Shown in pieces: positions 25,890 to 38,686 of a DNA stretch of 64,000 nucleotides; positions within the stretch are counted from its first letter, which is position 1; the number at the start of each line of letters is the position of its first letter. Origin of the DNA: Felis catus (Eukaryota); assembly GCF_018350175.1 (NCBI RefSeq), contig NC_058373.1, positions 108,006,001 to 108,070,000 of the forward strand, in the 5' to 3' direction. Both the position numbers and the translations under genes were made by a program. A model generated the notes under the pieces. That model was not told the DNA's origin and ran no database searches. It saw only the letters and a list, made by a program, of their open reading frames with translations.

Positions 25890-26853
25890 ATTCTGGTCAG
25901 GAATTTGGATGAGGGCGGTAATTCCCAGCAAGTCCAGCTGAGGGTCTTACAAAGCAAGTCAGTTATGCCACTATCTATGTGGAGGTAAAGTCAGCTCCCA
26001 CAGGTTAAGGCCAAGACTGCCCCACCCATGCCACTTGCAAGCCCAGATTATCACCTGTGCTTCTGACCAATAAGCTATAGGGTGGAAGTCCCCATTACCT
26101 GCTCCTTGGTTTTAACTGATTTGCTGAAACAGTTCACACAACCCAGAGAAGCTTTTACTTACTAGATTATTGGTTTATTATAAAAGGATATGTGGTGCTT
26201 GGGTGGCTCAGTTGGTTAAGCATCGGGCTCTTGATTTTAGCTTGGGTCGTGACCTCATGATCATGGGATAGAGCCCCATGCTGGCTCCCCACTGAGCGAG
26301 GGGACAGATTTTCTGTCTCTCCTTCTGCTCCTCCCCTTCCCATGCATGCGTGCATGCTCTCTCTCAAAAAATAAAAAAATCTAATTCAAGAACAGCCAGA
26401 TAGAAGAGACATATACATAGGGCAAGGTGTTGGGAAAGGTATAGAGCTTCCGTGTGTCTCAGAGTGCATTACTTTCACCAGATCTCCAAGTATTCACCAA
26501 CTCAGAAGCTCATTGGGTTTGTAATGGAGGCCTTAGTAAGTAGACATGATTGATTACATCATTGGTCATTGATGACTGAACTCAATCTCCAGCCCCTCTC
26601 CTCTCACTGGAGGGAGGATAGGAGGGATGGGGGAGGAGTGAGACTGGACATTCCAACTCTAGTTAGGTAGTTGGTTCCACAGGCAAGCAGTCCTGTCCTT
26701 AGAGGTCTTCAAAAAAAATAAATAAATGAAAAATCACCCATTAACATCACAAAAGACACCTTCATTGCTATCACAGGAAATTCCAAGTGTTTTAGGAGCT
26801 CTGTGCCAGGAATGGATCACAAACCAAATATATATTGTAAATCACAGTATCAC
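25890..26853 (-). mobile_element. MER21-like ERVL LTR containing a Can-SINE
   Basis: MER21-type text 'cccacaggttaaggccaagactgcccc...tttacttactagattattggtttattataaaaggata' and terminus 'aaatcacagtatcaca'. Confidence 0.7.
26191..26380 (+). mobile_element. Older Can-SINE
   Basis: 'gtggtgcttgggtggctcagttggttaagcatc...ctctctcaaaaaataaa'. Confidence 0.85.
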
Positions 26854-27760
26854 ATGTGCCTATTGCAGACCAACACTGCCACAAAGCCACAGGCTCAGCG
26901 GACTTCTCCATTTAATCTGTATCTTCTCAGAATGTTAGTGCCTTGAGAAAGCTAATTTGCATACCGGGACCCACAGAACAGATGCTGCCCCAGCGGTCCG
27001 GCCCATGTCACAGATCGAAGTCAGCCTGCACTCAACAGGAAACACCTGTCAAAGAAGCCAAACACCAATCACAATCCTCCAACTCTGCTTTAGCTGGCTC
27101 ACCTTACCCTAGAAAATACGATTTCCCAGCCAATCATGCCATGCTTCTGAAGAATACGGACTTTGAGTCAGGAGACATGGATGTAAAACTTGACTCCGCA
27201 TTCACCCTGGGCCAACCCTCCCAAACCTGGCTGTCTTTACTGATTCAACAGCAATAATAATACCTACTTCAGAAGACTGTGAGGAGGATAAAAATAGGAT
27301 ACCTTGTAAACTCTTAACTCTCCGTGCAAATTATAGTTATAGTTGCCGTAACTGAGGAATTGGGTTTAAAAGCAGGGGCCTTCAGCTTGGTCAGCATTTC
27401 CCAACTAAAGGTTCCATAAGCCATCAGTCAAGGGGGAGGGGGGGGGGGGAAGGTCTTATTCCAGTTCATCCTAGAGGAGGCTTGGAGTTCAGTCACTGTT
27501 AAGAGCAGGCCCCAGGCCTCAGCTCCATCTGTTTTATTCCCCAGACACATCCACTCTGAGTAGCTTTCCATTTACTGGGGAAGGGATAAGGAAAGTAGAA
27601 CCAAGTAGGTTTATTTTTTCATGTTTCCCACTGCAGTGTGGTCTCAGAGGCAGAACAAGTCCAGAATTTCTCCTCTCCCCTCTCTGTACATCCCAAGTGA
27701 AAGCCTCTACACTCAAAAGCAGCAGAGAGACTTGGATTCTCCTTCACGCCTCCTTTATGT

Positions 27761-27796
<36 letters not shown>

Positions 27797-27808
27797 GAGC
27801 AAGCGCGC
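27761..27808. repeat. (GA)n(GACA)n microsatellite followed by GCGCGCG
   Basis: Directly visible. Confidence 0.9.
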
Positions 27809-28721
27809 GCAGACCAAGGGTCAATCAGGGGCACTCCCAAACCAGTGCCTTATTTCTGACAAAAAGCCAATACTGATTCAGTGTGGGACCAGATAGCTTT
27901 CTATTCAGACCAGCTGGAGAGCTGGGCAGGTCAAGAGAAAGGGTCTTTGTGAAATGCAGAACAAAGCAAGCTCAAGGCTCCACTCCTTTCTCAGCTGACA
28001 GTCCTATTAGGGGAATCAGGACAGTCCTGCACTTCCCGGATGACTGGGAGCCGTACATAGGCTTCCACATGACTCCAATGTCAGCCAGACAAATGCATGG
28101 CCCCACTAGGGAAGTCCAGAGGTCGTGGGGGTGACTGGACCTCAAGTCTCCAGAGGGATATGGAGGCATGTTGGAAACAGTGTGTCTGGAATCTCGTGTG
28201 CTTGACTGCTCAGGAATGCATGGTTTGGGTAACTTTCTGGTTTGACTTACAGGAAGGTCTGATGGGTATTGAACAGGAATGTTGTAACTGCTCTGGATCA
28301 CCTTGGAAAAACACCATTCATTTGCCAGCGCTGCGCTGCAATTCCAGGAAGCAGCTGGTGGTGAATCAGAAAACTCTTTCCCTGTGGCTTTAAGGAAGCA
28401 CGTCCAAGGCATCACCCGCCTCCTCTCCAGTGGGGAGAAACACCCCCTAGCCACACACAGGCTTTTCTGAAGGGACTAAGGGGGGGTGGGGTGCTGCATG
28501 GTAGCTCCCCACCCCTGGGGCTGGAGAAACAGGCAGAGGAGAGACCTCAGAGCCCCAGGTCTTTTGGAAATATTTTCAGTCTTTTGAAACAGAAGATCTG
28601 TTCACTGTTTCGATTTTTTTTTTTTTTTCTGGAGTTCATAGCAACAATGAAAGTAGGCAGAAGTCTCTACGTTCTGAGTGGCAAGGCTTGTATTTTCCTC
28701 AACATGAGAACAGCCTCTTAC

Positions 28722-28930
28722 CTGCAGAGCCAGCCTGGGGCGGAGAAGCTCACAACAGCTGCTTGTCAGTTGGTGCTCTGTGGGTCACTAGGCAGCCGGA
28801 GGGGGGCCTCCAGCTGGCCTCACCCCGTCCAGGGTCCCCCAGTGCCTCTTCTCTGGACAGAGGGTTCCTGCTCTCTGCCTTTGCGTCGACTACTCTCTAG
28901 CCCTCCTCCTGCTGTCGCTGGAACAGCTTT
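28722..28930 (-). other. Candidate non-coding first exon of a minus-strand transcript
   Basis: Strong donor CAG|GTAAGA at 28722/28721; GC-rich, repeat-free sequence; promoter-like motifs upstream (TGACTCAGC at 29165-29173, GC-rich tract 29219-29239). The 5' boundary is a guess. Confidence 0.35.
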
Positions 28931-29721
28931 AGGCCCCTGGACATAACATTTGTGCCTTGGTTTTCCCACAGCCAACGGGAGCTAATCAAACAGCTAACAG
29001 ATTTGGAGAGGTGGGTCGTTTTTTTCACACCCACTTGCAAGTTTTGGTTTTTTTTCTCCTGTGTATCTGGCTCACTCTATCCTGTTACATTCAAACACAT
29101 TTATGACCCACATTCAGACCTGAAGTCCGCGTTCACTGATGATTCAGGAGAACTTGAAACATGAGCTGAGTCAACGTGAGCTGTGGTTTTTAATTCCTCC
29201 ACCCATTCTATCGTAATGTGCGCCCCCCCCTCCCCCCGCTTTACCTTTCTCTGTGCTTTCCAGGGCTCCTGTGAGTGCACGGGGGCAGCCAGAGAAAGAT
29301 GGGCAAGTTAGCTACAACCACCCTCCAGGACTCTATCCTCAGGAACTGAGGCTCATGGGTAGCCGGCAGTTGAGCAGCCTGCAGCATCGCAACAAGGAAG
29401 CGAGGATGAACAGTGTTGGAAGAGAAGCCACCTCAGGGCTTTTTAAGCGCAGGCTCTAAGGCTTCTCATTTAAGTGGGGCTTTTGCCCTCACCTGTGGGC
29501 CAGAGCGCAGAGGGTGGGGGAGGGGTTTAAAGGAAACTGAAAACTTCTGGGTAAGCCTGAGATCAGGGTGGTTGAGGAAGAGGAAAACCTCCCAGGGCCC
29601 AGCCCTTCAGGTTGATTTCTTGCCCTGATACGATGTCACCCCTACCCCTTCCCTTCTTCCTTCCTTTGCTTAGTGTCTATTCTTTCTTTCTCTGTTGCTT
29701 TTTGGCTGTTCATAGTCTAGC

Positions 29722-29890
29722 TCAGCGGTTCTCATCAGCCACACCTGGACACTTGTTAGAAACGCAAATTCTCAGACCCTACCCCACACCTCCTGAATCA
29801 GACGCTCGGGGAGTGGGGCTGGCCGTCTGTGTTTTACCCAGCCCTCCAGGTGACTGATGGTGAGTTTGCTCAAAGTTTAGAGCCCTGCTC
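29722..29890. mobile_element. MER5A hAT-Charlie MITE
   Basis: 'cttgttagaaacgcaaattctcagaccctacccc...cctgaatcagac...gccctccaggtgac'. Confidence 0.8.
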
Positions 29891-31235
29891 TAGTCTCCTT
29901 TTCCCCAGTGAGGCTGAGGCTCCTCAGAGGACAGACTACAGAGGGCAGGGCACAGTCCTGGGCACCCAGAGACGCAGCCCTGCCCGGAACCTGTAGCAGG
30001 AGGTTGCAAGATCAAGGAGGCAGCCTGGAAATCATCAGGACCTGGGCTTTAGTTGGGTGGCCAGAGCGAAGTCACTCACCTTGCCAACTCTGATTCCTCC
30101 TCTGCAGCATAGATGGAAAGAAATTGGTCTCTGAGTCTGGATCTGGCCAGGGCCTGCTTCATTATTCCTCTCTTTCCTACTGATTCCCTTCCAGCCCCCC
30201 GTGGCAACTCTGGGTTTCTTTTTGTTCTCAGGTACTGCTGTGTATGAGTGAGACAGAGAAACGGAGTGGAGAACTGAAATAGGAACGTAGCCTCCACCAG
30301 AAATGGGGCCATGCTTGAAGTGTGTGCTCCCCACTGGGTAGGGGGCTTGAGGAGTCCCTCCTGTCAGGAGCTCAGCTCAGAGAGAGGGAGAGAGGGCTTT
30401 GCTGTCAGGAGTCAGAGTAGCCAATTAAAGCAACAAGCCTTTAATCACTCACTGTGAGAGTACAAGCAAGAGTCTAAAATCAGAGAAGGTGCCCATCCCC
30501 TGTTCCATTTTCTGCCATGGAACTGCATACCAGTCAGGGGCAGCTGCATCAGTGTAGATGTGAGGCTTGTCTCGCTCATGAGGAAGCCCCTGAGGAAAAG
30601 GCAGCTTTATGGACCCTGAGGTTGGAGGAGAAGGCTGGGGGAAGGGCTCCGAGTGGAAAAGTACTGGGTACTGAGACAGTGAAGAGAGTGTCTTCAGGGT
30701 TTCCTCCCCCACGTCCATCCCTCCCTCCACTAAGGAGGATTCAGCAGAGATGGGCACCTGAAGAGGACCGCTGCTCAAGCCTCAGACAGGGAGACGGGAA
30801 CAAAGGTGTCTCCCAGCTAGGAATGCAAAGAAGCCAAGAGCGTGACCAGCGAGGGGGGCCTGAGTGCTTGACTGCATCTCCCTCCAGATGCGATAGAGGC
30901 CGTTCACCGAGGTTGCTGTGGCGAGGGCAGCTTCTCCGCAACCCCCACCCCCCCCCTCCAGGCAAAGCCTCTGTAATTACCTGTGGTCGGGACTAAAAAA
31001 TCACAAAATCGCACATAGGTTTTTAAGCAGGAGCCAGACAGCTTGCCTCCTCTCAGTGAGACACGAAGTGGCCTCCTCCTACCTGCCTCCTTTGAGCCAG
31101 CTTCAGCTTTCAGGCTGGGGTCAGGGCACCTGCCTCTGCACAGGGACGCAGTGACTTTGTCCAGGTGGAAATCACTTTTCACCCACTTCTCTAGGCTTGA
31201 TGGTCCTGATTTCTGTCATTTTAAATCACCAGTAT

Positions 31236-31409
31236 TTCCGGGAAGTGATTAAAAGAAGAGCAAACGCCCGTGAACAGTTTGCACAATTGGCATATAGGAG
31301 ACTCTACTGTTAAGTGGCACTCACCTTACCCCTTTTCTGGAGATGATCAGGTACTCATTCATTTTTCTTCTCTCTCTTTGTATCACCTTCCCACCCAAAG
31401 TGACTCAGC
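31236..31409. promoter_or_regulatory. Candidate enhancer: STAT GAS, C/EBP and AP-1/ARE motifs
   Basis: TTCCGGGAA 31236-31244, TTGCACAAT 31279-31287, TGACTCAGC 31401-31409. Confidence 0.35.
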
Positions 31410-33869
31410 TCCTGGTGGAAGAGATGGGTGTATACCTGAAATGGAGGTGATGTACAGGAATGGAGAGAGAAGTGAAATCCAGCAAGGGGGCTAGACCACA
31501 AAGTTTGATAATGGTGATAGAAGAGGCTGTAATGTCCTGACCACTAATTCCAATAAGGTAAATCCCAAAATGATCAGAGCTGTCTTCCCAAAAGACGTCT
31601 AGGGTATGGAAAAAAAAAGTTGGATATTTCAGGACAAGCCCTATTGATGCTAAAGCAGATACTGAATCACTCTCTCGTCCCAGCCTACACTATTTGCTAT
31701 ATATCCATACTGATACATTATGGGTTCCCTATTGGAATGCGAGCTTCTTGAGGGCAAAGACTATGCCTTACATGTCTGCAAATGACCCGGAATATAGTGC
31801 ACTCAAATACATACTGGGCAAGTAAGTGGTCAGGATACAAAACCCCAGTCAACCACAAGCCAGTTCTTCTAGGTTGGTCTGGAAATATCTAAGTCCTGTA
31901 TTTATTTACTTTTACACAAAATTGTGTCTTATCTTCCCAAGTGGCTTGTACATATATTCACTGAGGCTTCACAGTACCTGGCCAACAGTAAGCTTTCAAC
32001 AGATAAATACTTAACAGATAGATTTCTCAGAACAGTCTTTGCCAAGAGACAGAAAGTGGAACTGGAAATCCAATCCTTCAAACCCCTTGAAGACCCATCC
32101 TTGGGGATGTGAGATTCCAGACATGATTGGACAGGATAGCACCTTCCTGGAATCCCCCGGAGGATGGTTATACTTATGGGGTCTACTTCTGGGAACAGTG
32201 AGCTAACAGACTCCCTTTGCTTTAGTTTGCCCCAGTACTCAGACATAACTGGTAGAGATTTGTGGGTCGTGTATAACATGCTTGCTGATTTGTTAGTTAC
32301 TCATCACAGTCACCATTTGAAACTGGCCAGTGTGAACATCCCTAGGTCTTGACCATGACAATCAAGGTGGTGCTGAAAAGGAGTCTTTGTGTCAACAAGC
32401 CAGAAAGCTGGTCTCCTGCTTTCTAACTGGACAATTTATACAATTTAGGTTGAGGAAGAGGCGCTGTCCACTCTAGGCAGGCACAGCCACCCTACCATCC
32501 AAATACATTCTACCCCGCCCTTCCATTTACCCACCACCGCTACCCCTCCTGCTTCTCTGCAGGCATGTCAGCAGGTCCCAGGCTTACAGGTCAGTGGACT
32601 GAGCTTGCCCCTGTCTTTCTTTCTAGTGATTTCTGACTGTCTTATGACTAGGAGCCAGACTCTGGGTTTGTTCTCCCCATCGACCATGTAGACAAACAGC
32701 CATCAGAGAAATCCCTCCCAAGATCAGTAGTTCTAACTGCTCAGCAGAATTACCTGGAGGGGAGTTTTAATAATATGGCTCCCATGGAACCTACCTCCAA
32801 AGATTCCAATTTAGTCAGTCCAGTGATATTCAATCAGCTGTAATTTTCAGAACTTTACAGAGGCTTCTGGTGCATGGGCAAGTGGAGGAACTACTGGACA
32901 AATTCTGAGCTCTTTGAGATCAGGAAACATGTGAGTCTTCCCTTCCGCACCCCCCAGTGATTGGCACAACACCTGGCGTATAGCAACTTCTTATAAGTGA
33001 GATGAGTAAATAAATGATTGAAAACAGGGTGGTAGATTGGGAATACTGTCAACCTAGTATCTTGACTAAAGTTAGGAAGGGCCAGTAGGACGCCAAAGAA
33101 CAAACCAGTCACAGTGGGGGTGGGTGTAGGGAAAAAGCATCAGGGAAGGGGTGAAGAAATCACCCCAAGTAGGAGCCCCAATTTGAGCCCTAAGTGGGGA
33201 GAACATAGCCCCTGCCCTTGAAAATGCTGCTACTGACCCTGTATTGGGACTTACAGGGCCTCCAGGCCCACCTATAAATCATATCTGATTGGTCACTTCT
33301 TTGTTAAAAACCCTCCAAGGCAAACCATACAAACAAAAAACCGAAACCAAACCAAATGGTAAACCCCCCTCCAAAGCCCTGTAGTGTCAGGATAAAGTCT
33401 ACATTCCTTTCTCTGGCTCACAAGTCCCTTTCTGGCTTTTTCCCAACTCATCACATGCTAATTGCTCCCATCTCTTTACCTGGGTGGCCCCTCTGCCTTC
33501 TTTCAGGCCTTACACCTTGCGGTGTTCTCTCTGCCTGCAATGATCCTTGCCCCCAACCCCCATTTCCTCTAGCAAACTCCATAGCAACCATCAAATCACA
33601 GCTTAAAACATCACCTTCTCTTCCCCCAGAAGATTGTGGGCTCCCTGAGGGTCAAGGTCAGTCTGCTGTATCCAAAGCCTAGCCAGCAGTTGCTCCAATA
33701 TTCAATGAAGAGAAGTTGGGACAAGAAACTAACAGCAGACACTCAGGACCAGTGTTGCCTTGCAATTGCTGTGAAACAGGATTCTGCAGACACAAACAAG
33801 CTTGCTGATTTGGACCTAAAAAGGAACTGGGCTGCAGGGTGAGAAGTGTGTTGAGAAGAAAAGCAAGTG

Positions 33870-34330
33870 AAGGTGGGAAATTCCAAACCGGAACAGAGAG
33901 CAGGCAGAGGGTTCTACCCAATCCCTCTCTAGGGTCAAAGGCCGTGGGAGGCTGTCTGTTGTGGTCACAGTCGGCCAAGGCAGGCTGCCAAGCGGGCTCC
34001 ACACGGAGAAACCGCGGGGGCTGCAGGTGGGAGCAGTCGCCCTGGGCGCGGGGGCGGGGCTCGCTGGCCGGCTGCATCCGGACAAGGTCAGGTGCACCTC
34101 GCTGGGCGGGCGCAGCGAGGCCAGTGCTGGAGGCAGCTGATTCGCCTGCTTGACGCGTGGATGCCTTGATTTGGTCTGACAAGTGGAGGCTGCTGTGAGA
34201 AGCGGCCTGGATTTTTGACATTCAGCAAGCTAGAAATAACCAGCGGGGCTCCTGGCGCTGTGGCCACAAATGTCTTGCCCTTCCCAGGCGACGGCCTGAT
34301 TGAAGGGGCTTTTCGGCCAGTGCAGACCAG
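33870..34330. promoter_or_regulatory. CpG-rich promoter/enhancer-like patch
   Basis: Highest non-repeat CpG density in the window; GGGAAATTCC (NF-kB) 33875-33884; GGGGCGGGGC (Sp1) 34051-34060; CAAGGTCA 34083-34090. Confidence 0.55.
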
Positions 34331-35384
34331 TGTTCCCTGTGCCAGGCCTGGATTCTAAGCCAGACTTATCTTCTGACCCCGTGGTTTAGGCGAGTCACTT
34401 GAGTTGACTGTACCTCAGCTTTCCCTCTGTAAAATGGGGTTGCCGACAGCTGAGCCCCTTTCGCCTCTGCTAGAAAATGATTCTAAGTGGCTGTCTTGGC
34501 CCTCCGAATCCCACGACCTGAGCTTGAGGTCTGCCATTTCTTGAAGACTAGCACTCTAAATATCCACTCTGGGAGGGGCTAGGAAATGATCCTGGTTGGT
34601 GCTGATTAACCTTTGGTGAATCAGGGACCTTCTGAGAATCAGTTGAAACCTATGGACTGGAGTTGCTAATTTAAACCCCTGCCCCCAGACTTAATATCTC
34701 TAGTCTAGTCCAACTCCTCTTCTTGCAAGTGATGGGACTGGCCTGGAATGAGCCCTCTGGAGCTTTCTGCCACCTTCTAATCTTCATACATGTGAGCACC
34801 ACCTTTTCCCTACTTTCCCAGTTCAACCATCCTCCTCACCATCCCCCACTCTTGGGCACTCTCAAGAAGGAAATTGTCCTATAAATATTTATAAAAGGCG
34901 TGGGAAGCCCTGCAGCGGAGAAAGTGAAAAATAATATCCCCCAGTCTGCAGAGCATGGCCCGATGCTTCTCTCCCAGCTTCCACCTCATCTTTCCCATAA
35001 GCCTGGGGGGGGGGGGAGCGGGCATTGAGTGGGAGCTAAAGCTGCCACAGCAAAGTACTCCTCACCCCCTTCAGAATCAGCACCATCAACGCTATCATAT
35101 AAAACTTCCTATTCCAACACCAACCAGCAGCCACCTGTCAGGCAGCAGAAAGAGCCAAAAATGTTTTGCATAGTGGCTTGCTTGCCTAAAGTGTCTTGTT
35201 ACAAATGGGCTTCTTGTGCAATGGGGAACTACCGGGAGGGGCTTTTTTAACGTAGCTGCAAGAAATAGCTCTAACAATGGATGATTCAGGAGGCTAATAA
35301 TTGGGTATCACTCCTACTATATTGTTTTGATAAAATGACATAGTCCAGCTGAGGGTAGGAAGGCAGCAAACAAAAACCCAACCC

Positions 35385-35535
35385 CTCGCTACTCAAAACG
35401 TGCATGGGATCAGTGGCCTCAACATCACCAAGGTGCCTGGTAGAAATGCAGGCTCTGTCTGAGACCAGACTGAAAGGAGATCTGCATTTTAAAGTCAGGA
35501 GGATCTGTATGCCTGTTAAAGTTTGAGAGACCCAA
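35385..35535. mobile_element. MER5A-like MITE
   Basis: 'caacatcaccaaggtgcctggtagaaatgcaggctct...atctgcattttaaa...aaagtttgaga'. Confidence 0.65.
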
Positions 35536-37719
35536 CCCAAAGTGTGCTGCTAATGGTCGTTAGTAGAGTCCCAGTCATTTCTGTCTCCCTCTTGGGAAAA
35601 CCACAACAGGTGGATGTAACTCCACTAAGCTCTGTTTGCAGGACACGATGACCGTGCTCACAAGGAGGACCCAGCACTCACAGACACCTTCTGCCCTCAA
35701 CAAGAGACCTCATCCACCTGTGTGCACTCACCTTGGGCTACTTCTTTTTTTTATTATTTTACCTCTGGGAAAACAGAGGTTTCCAGAGGTTCTATCTGGA
35801 GATGAAAATGACAAAGGACCACCTCCTAAACAAAGTCGAACTGGGATTTAGCTTTAGCAGTAGCTCTGACCTCAGTGCTGCTGGAATCAGTTCCAAGGTC
35901 TAACTACCAACTACAGGAGAGACAATGGGAGAAAGATTACCCTGGAGTTGTTCATTTGCACAGCCTAGCACGATTTTCATTAGCATTTGAAAATGAAGGT
36001 GCCGAAACCATTGGAGGTAAGAGCAGGGAGAGGGACAGACTTCCAGAGTGGGACAGACAGGGGAAAGACGAAGTACAGAAAACTACTCTGGGGAAGACAG
36101 GCTTGAGTGACACCAGCTGAAACAGGGGCCTGATCTCCCAGGCTGTCCTTCCCTGCCTGTTCTCTACAAACACTCGGGGTTTGTGGTTTAAAATAAAAAA
36201 GATGGGTGGCCAGCTTATAACAGATGTGATGTGGGCACTTTGCTGCTGTCCTGGCATTTAAAGAGGTCAAAAGCAGACCAACTTGAATGTGTCAGCTGCT
36301 CTGTTTGCAGCCTTAGAAAGACATCCTTGATCTTTTATTGTCCTGCCTTTGCTCCAAGCTGCAAACTCCCTGGGGGAAATGGCTTGCCTTAAAAGAGATG
36401 CTTTTAGCTTCACTTCCAATCTCTGACTCCTCGTGGAAAGTAATTGCTGTTGCGGTATGCCTTGTGCCTTTATTCTTGCCCCTTTGCCTAGGTGAGCAGA
36501 AGCTAAGTGGACACAGCTGATTAAAATTCAGGAGGACTTCAGTGTTTCCTTGGAGAATGATTCAGACAACAGGAAAGATAAACAGGAAGCAAAAGTGCTC
36601 AGTCCAAGTTATAAGATAGTTTTCAGTTCTTCTGGGAGTGGGGGCCTGATTCAGCTGGTGAAACAAAGTGAGTGTTCCCTGGAATCCTGGATTCATGAGA
36701 GAATCAGAGAGCCACTGGGACTACATAATATCCTAACTTGAAGTTGAAAAGCAGGACAAATCTTCACCCACATCGCCTAGATGTTACAAAGGGATTTACT
36801 TTTTCTCCAAATGGTTGAGGAGAGGCATCCCATGTGACGACAGTGCTCACACAGACTCTCAGCCCCAGGCAGCATGGTTACTGTAGGTCCAGTTCTGCTC
36901 TCTTTGCCAATCCACTTTTTTCCCTTAAAGCTCAAACTGACCTCCTCCAAGAAGACTTCCTGAATGACCTCATTCGTAGGGATCTCATCCTTAAAGCAAA
37001 GGAAATTCGCTCAGGAGGAGGGTCTGCACCATCCCATCACACTTTTACTTCTGTGTAACCTTGGAATTATTCTCTAATTGTTCTGTTCTTAGCTGTCTAC
37101 ACAGCTACATCAGCAGCCTTCTATGTTCTTCATCTCCTGTTATCTCCCACGCTCCTACTATACACAGTCTAGGCTTGACCAATGTCACTTGGGGTTAGCA
37201 GACAGTAGTCTCTAAGTGGCAGGTCCTTGGTTCATCCATCTGAGACCCAGGGCCTCATAAGCAGACTGAGAAAGGGTTAGGACTGTTGACTCAGGGACAT
37301 TCTTGGCTCTGTATGAATGCTTTGTTTTAAAAACAAGGGGTTTTGCCTCCAGTGCTTTGAAGAGCTATAACTCCATGTCAGCATATTTTAAAGTATGTGC
37401 TATATTGGATCCCACAGTCAGGCCAGAGTGCCTCCACACAGACTCTCTCACTTTGCCCTGTGTGCTCCCCCAGAGACAGGGCAGGTAGTAGAATGTGTTC
37501 CAGCTGGGTTTATGTCTAAAGAAAGTCAACAAGGAAGTTTGGGATTTCAGCTCTTCTCAAATTCCCCCAGTGTTGCCAACAGCCAAAACAACAGAAAAGA
37601 ATGAATTTGTTTTATTCATAGGTGCTCCATTGCCCAGTAAGGCCTGCAGGTGTGGATCATAGCAGTGTTCTGGATTTCTAGAGTAAGGTTGCCATCTTCC
37701 ATTCACATCACCTTCATCC

Positions 37720-38260
37720 TAGTGAGATCGTTGGATCTTGTGCCTGCTCTGTGCCAGGAGTTTGGTAGGCATTAGAGATACAATGACAGGTAGATACTGC
37801 TTATCATCTTGTGGGAAAGTCTGGAATTAATCCACTAAGTAAACAAGTAAGTATGTAATTATCAACTGTGATAAAGGTCCTAAAACTGCTCTGTTCTACA
37901 AGAGCAGTATGAGAGGTTTTATCTGATCTAATACAGGAAGATTCAAGGAGGGCTTCTCAGAAGAAGTGATATTTGAGCTGCACACTGAAAGAAAAGTAGA
38001 TATTAAAACGTAAAGAAGGGTAAGTGAGTGCTCTAGATAGAAAGAGCTTGGTTATTGGAGGAAACGAAATCTAGTCCTTGAGGCTGGATTAAAGGGAAGG
38101 AGGAAAGCAAGGGTCTGGAGAGGTAGGGAGGGACTGGATCACACGGGGATGTGTAATCAGTATTGAGGAGTTTGGCTTTTATTTTAGAATAATGGAAAGC
38201 CATTTTGAATAGGGGATAAGAACATTAAATTTAAGTTTTCCAGAAGATTGCTCTGGTGAG
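37720..38260. mobile_element. L2 LINE relic
   Basis: L2-like text 'tgcctgctctgtgccagg...ggagggcttctcagaagaagtgatatttgagctg...ggagtttggcttttatt'. Confidence 0.6.
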
Positions 38261-38620
38261 ACAACGGTGAGCAAAAATATCCTTTCTCGATGTCTTCCAA
38301 GTATCCCTTGTGTGGGCTGATGAACCACCCAAGTCCTACCTCTATACCTGTGAGCTAATAAGGGTTATGCCTCCCCAGACCCACTAGAAAGCCCTCAAGG
38401 CTTGTTGAAAGGCGTAGGAGCCCTAATAAAACTCACGGATAAGGCATTCAAATCTGGGCTGCTCTATTTCCATCATCGTTTTGCCTCCACTCCCAAAGAA
38501 TAAATCCTTAAAATTATAACCCTTGGGTCCCCATGCCTGGGCAGGCTTACTTCTGTTAGATCACAGTAATCATGGCTTTGACTATGAATTACCAATCCCA
38601 AATTAAATGATTAGCCCAAG

Positions 38621-38686
38621 GTCAATGTTCCCTGTTCCCTGATCCAATGGTTCCCTGTCCCCTGGTCCAATGCTCCAGTTCCCTGA
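38621..38686. repeat. Three degenerate copies of a ~22-bp tandem unit (TCCAATGnTnCCTGTnCCCTG)
   Basis: gtcaatgttccctgttccctga / tccaatggttccctgtcccctgg / tccaatgctccagttccctga. Confidence 0.75.

Noticed and set aside
27972..34221. Longer ORFs of 150-180 aa (27972-28454, 28491-28946, 30517-30996, 33679-34221)
   Set aside because: No recognisable domain, mostly non-ATG starts, overlapping ORFs on both strands; expected by chance in GC-rich DNA
34880..34897. Palindromic TATAAATATTTATA with TATAAAAG, a possible bidirectional TATA box
   Set aside because: A short AT-rich motif with no supporting initiator or exon evidence
38621..38686. Short repeats considered as a CRISPR-like array
   Set aside because: Tandem units without spacers, in mammalian DNA, with no cas genes
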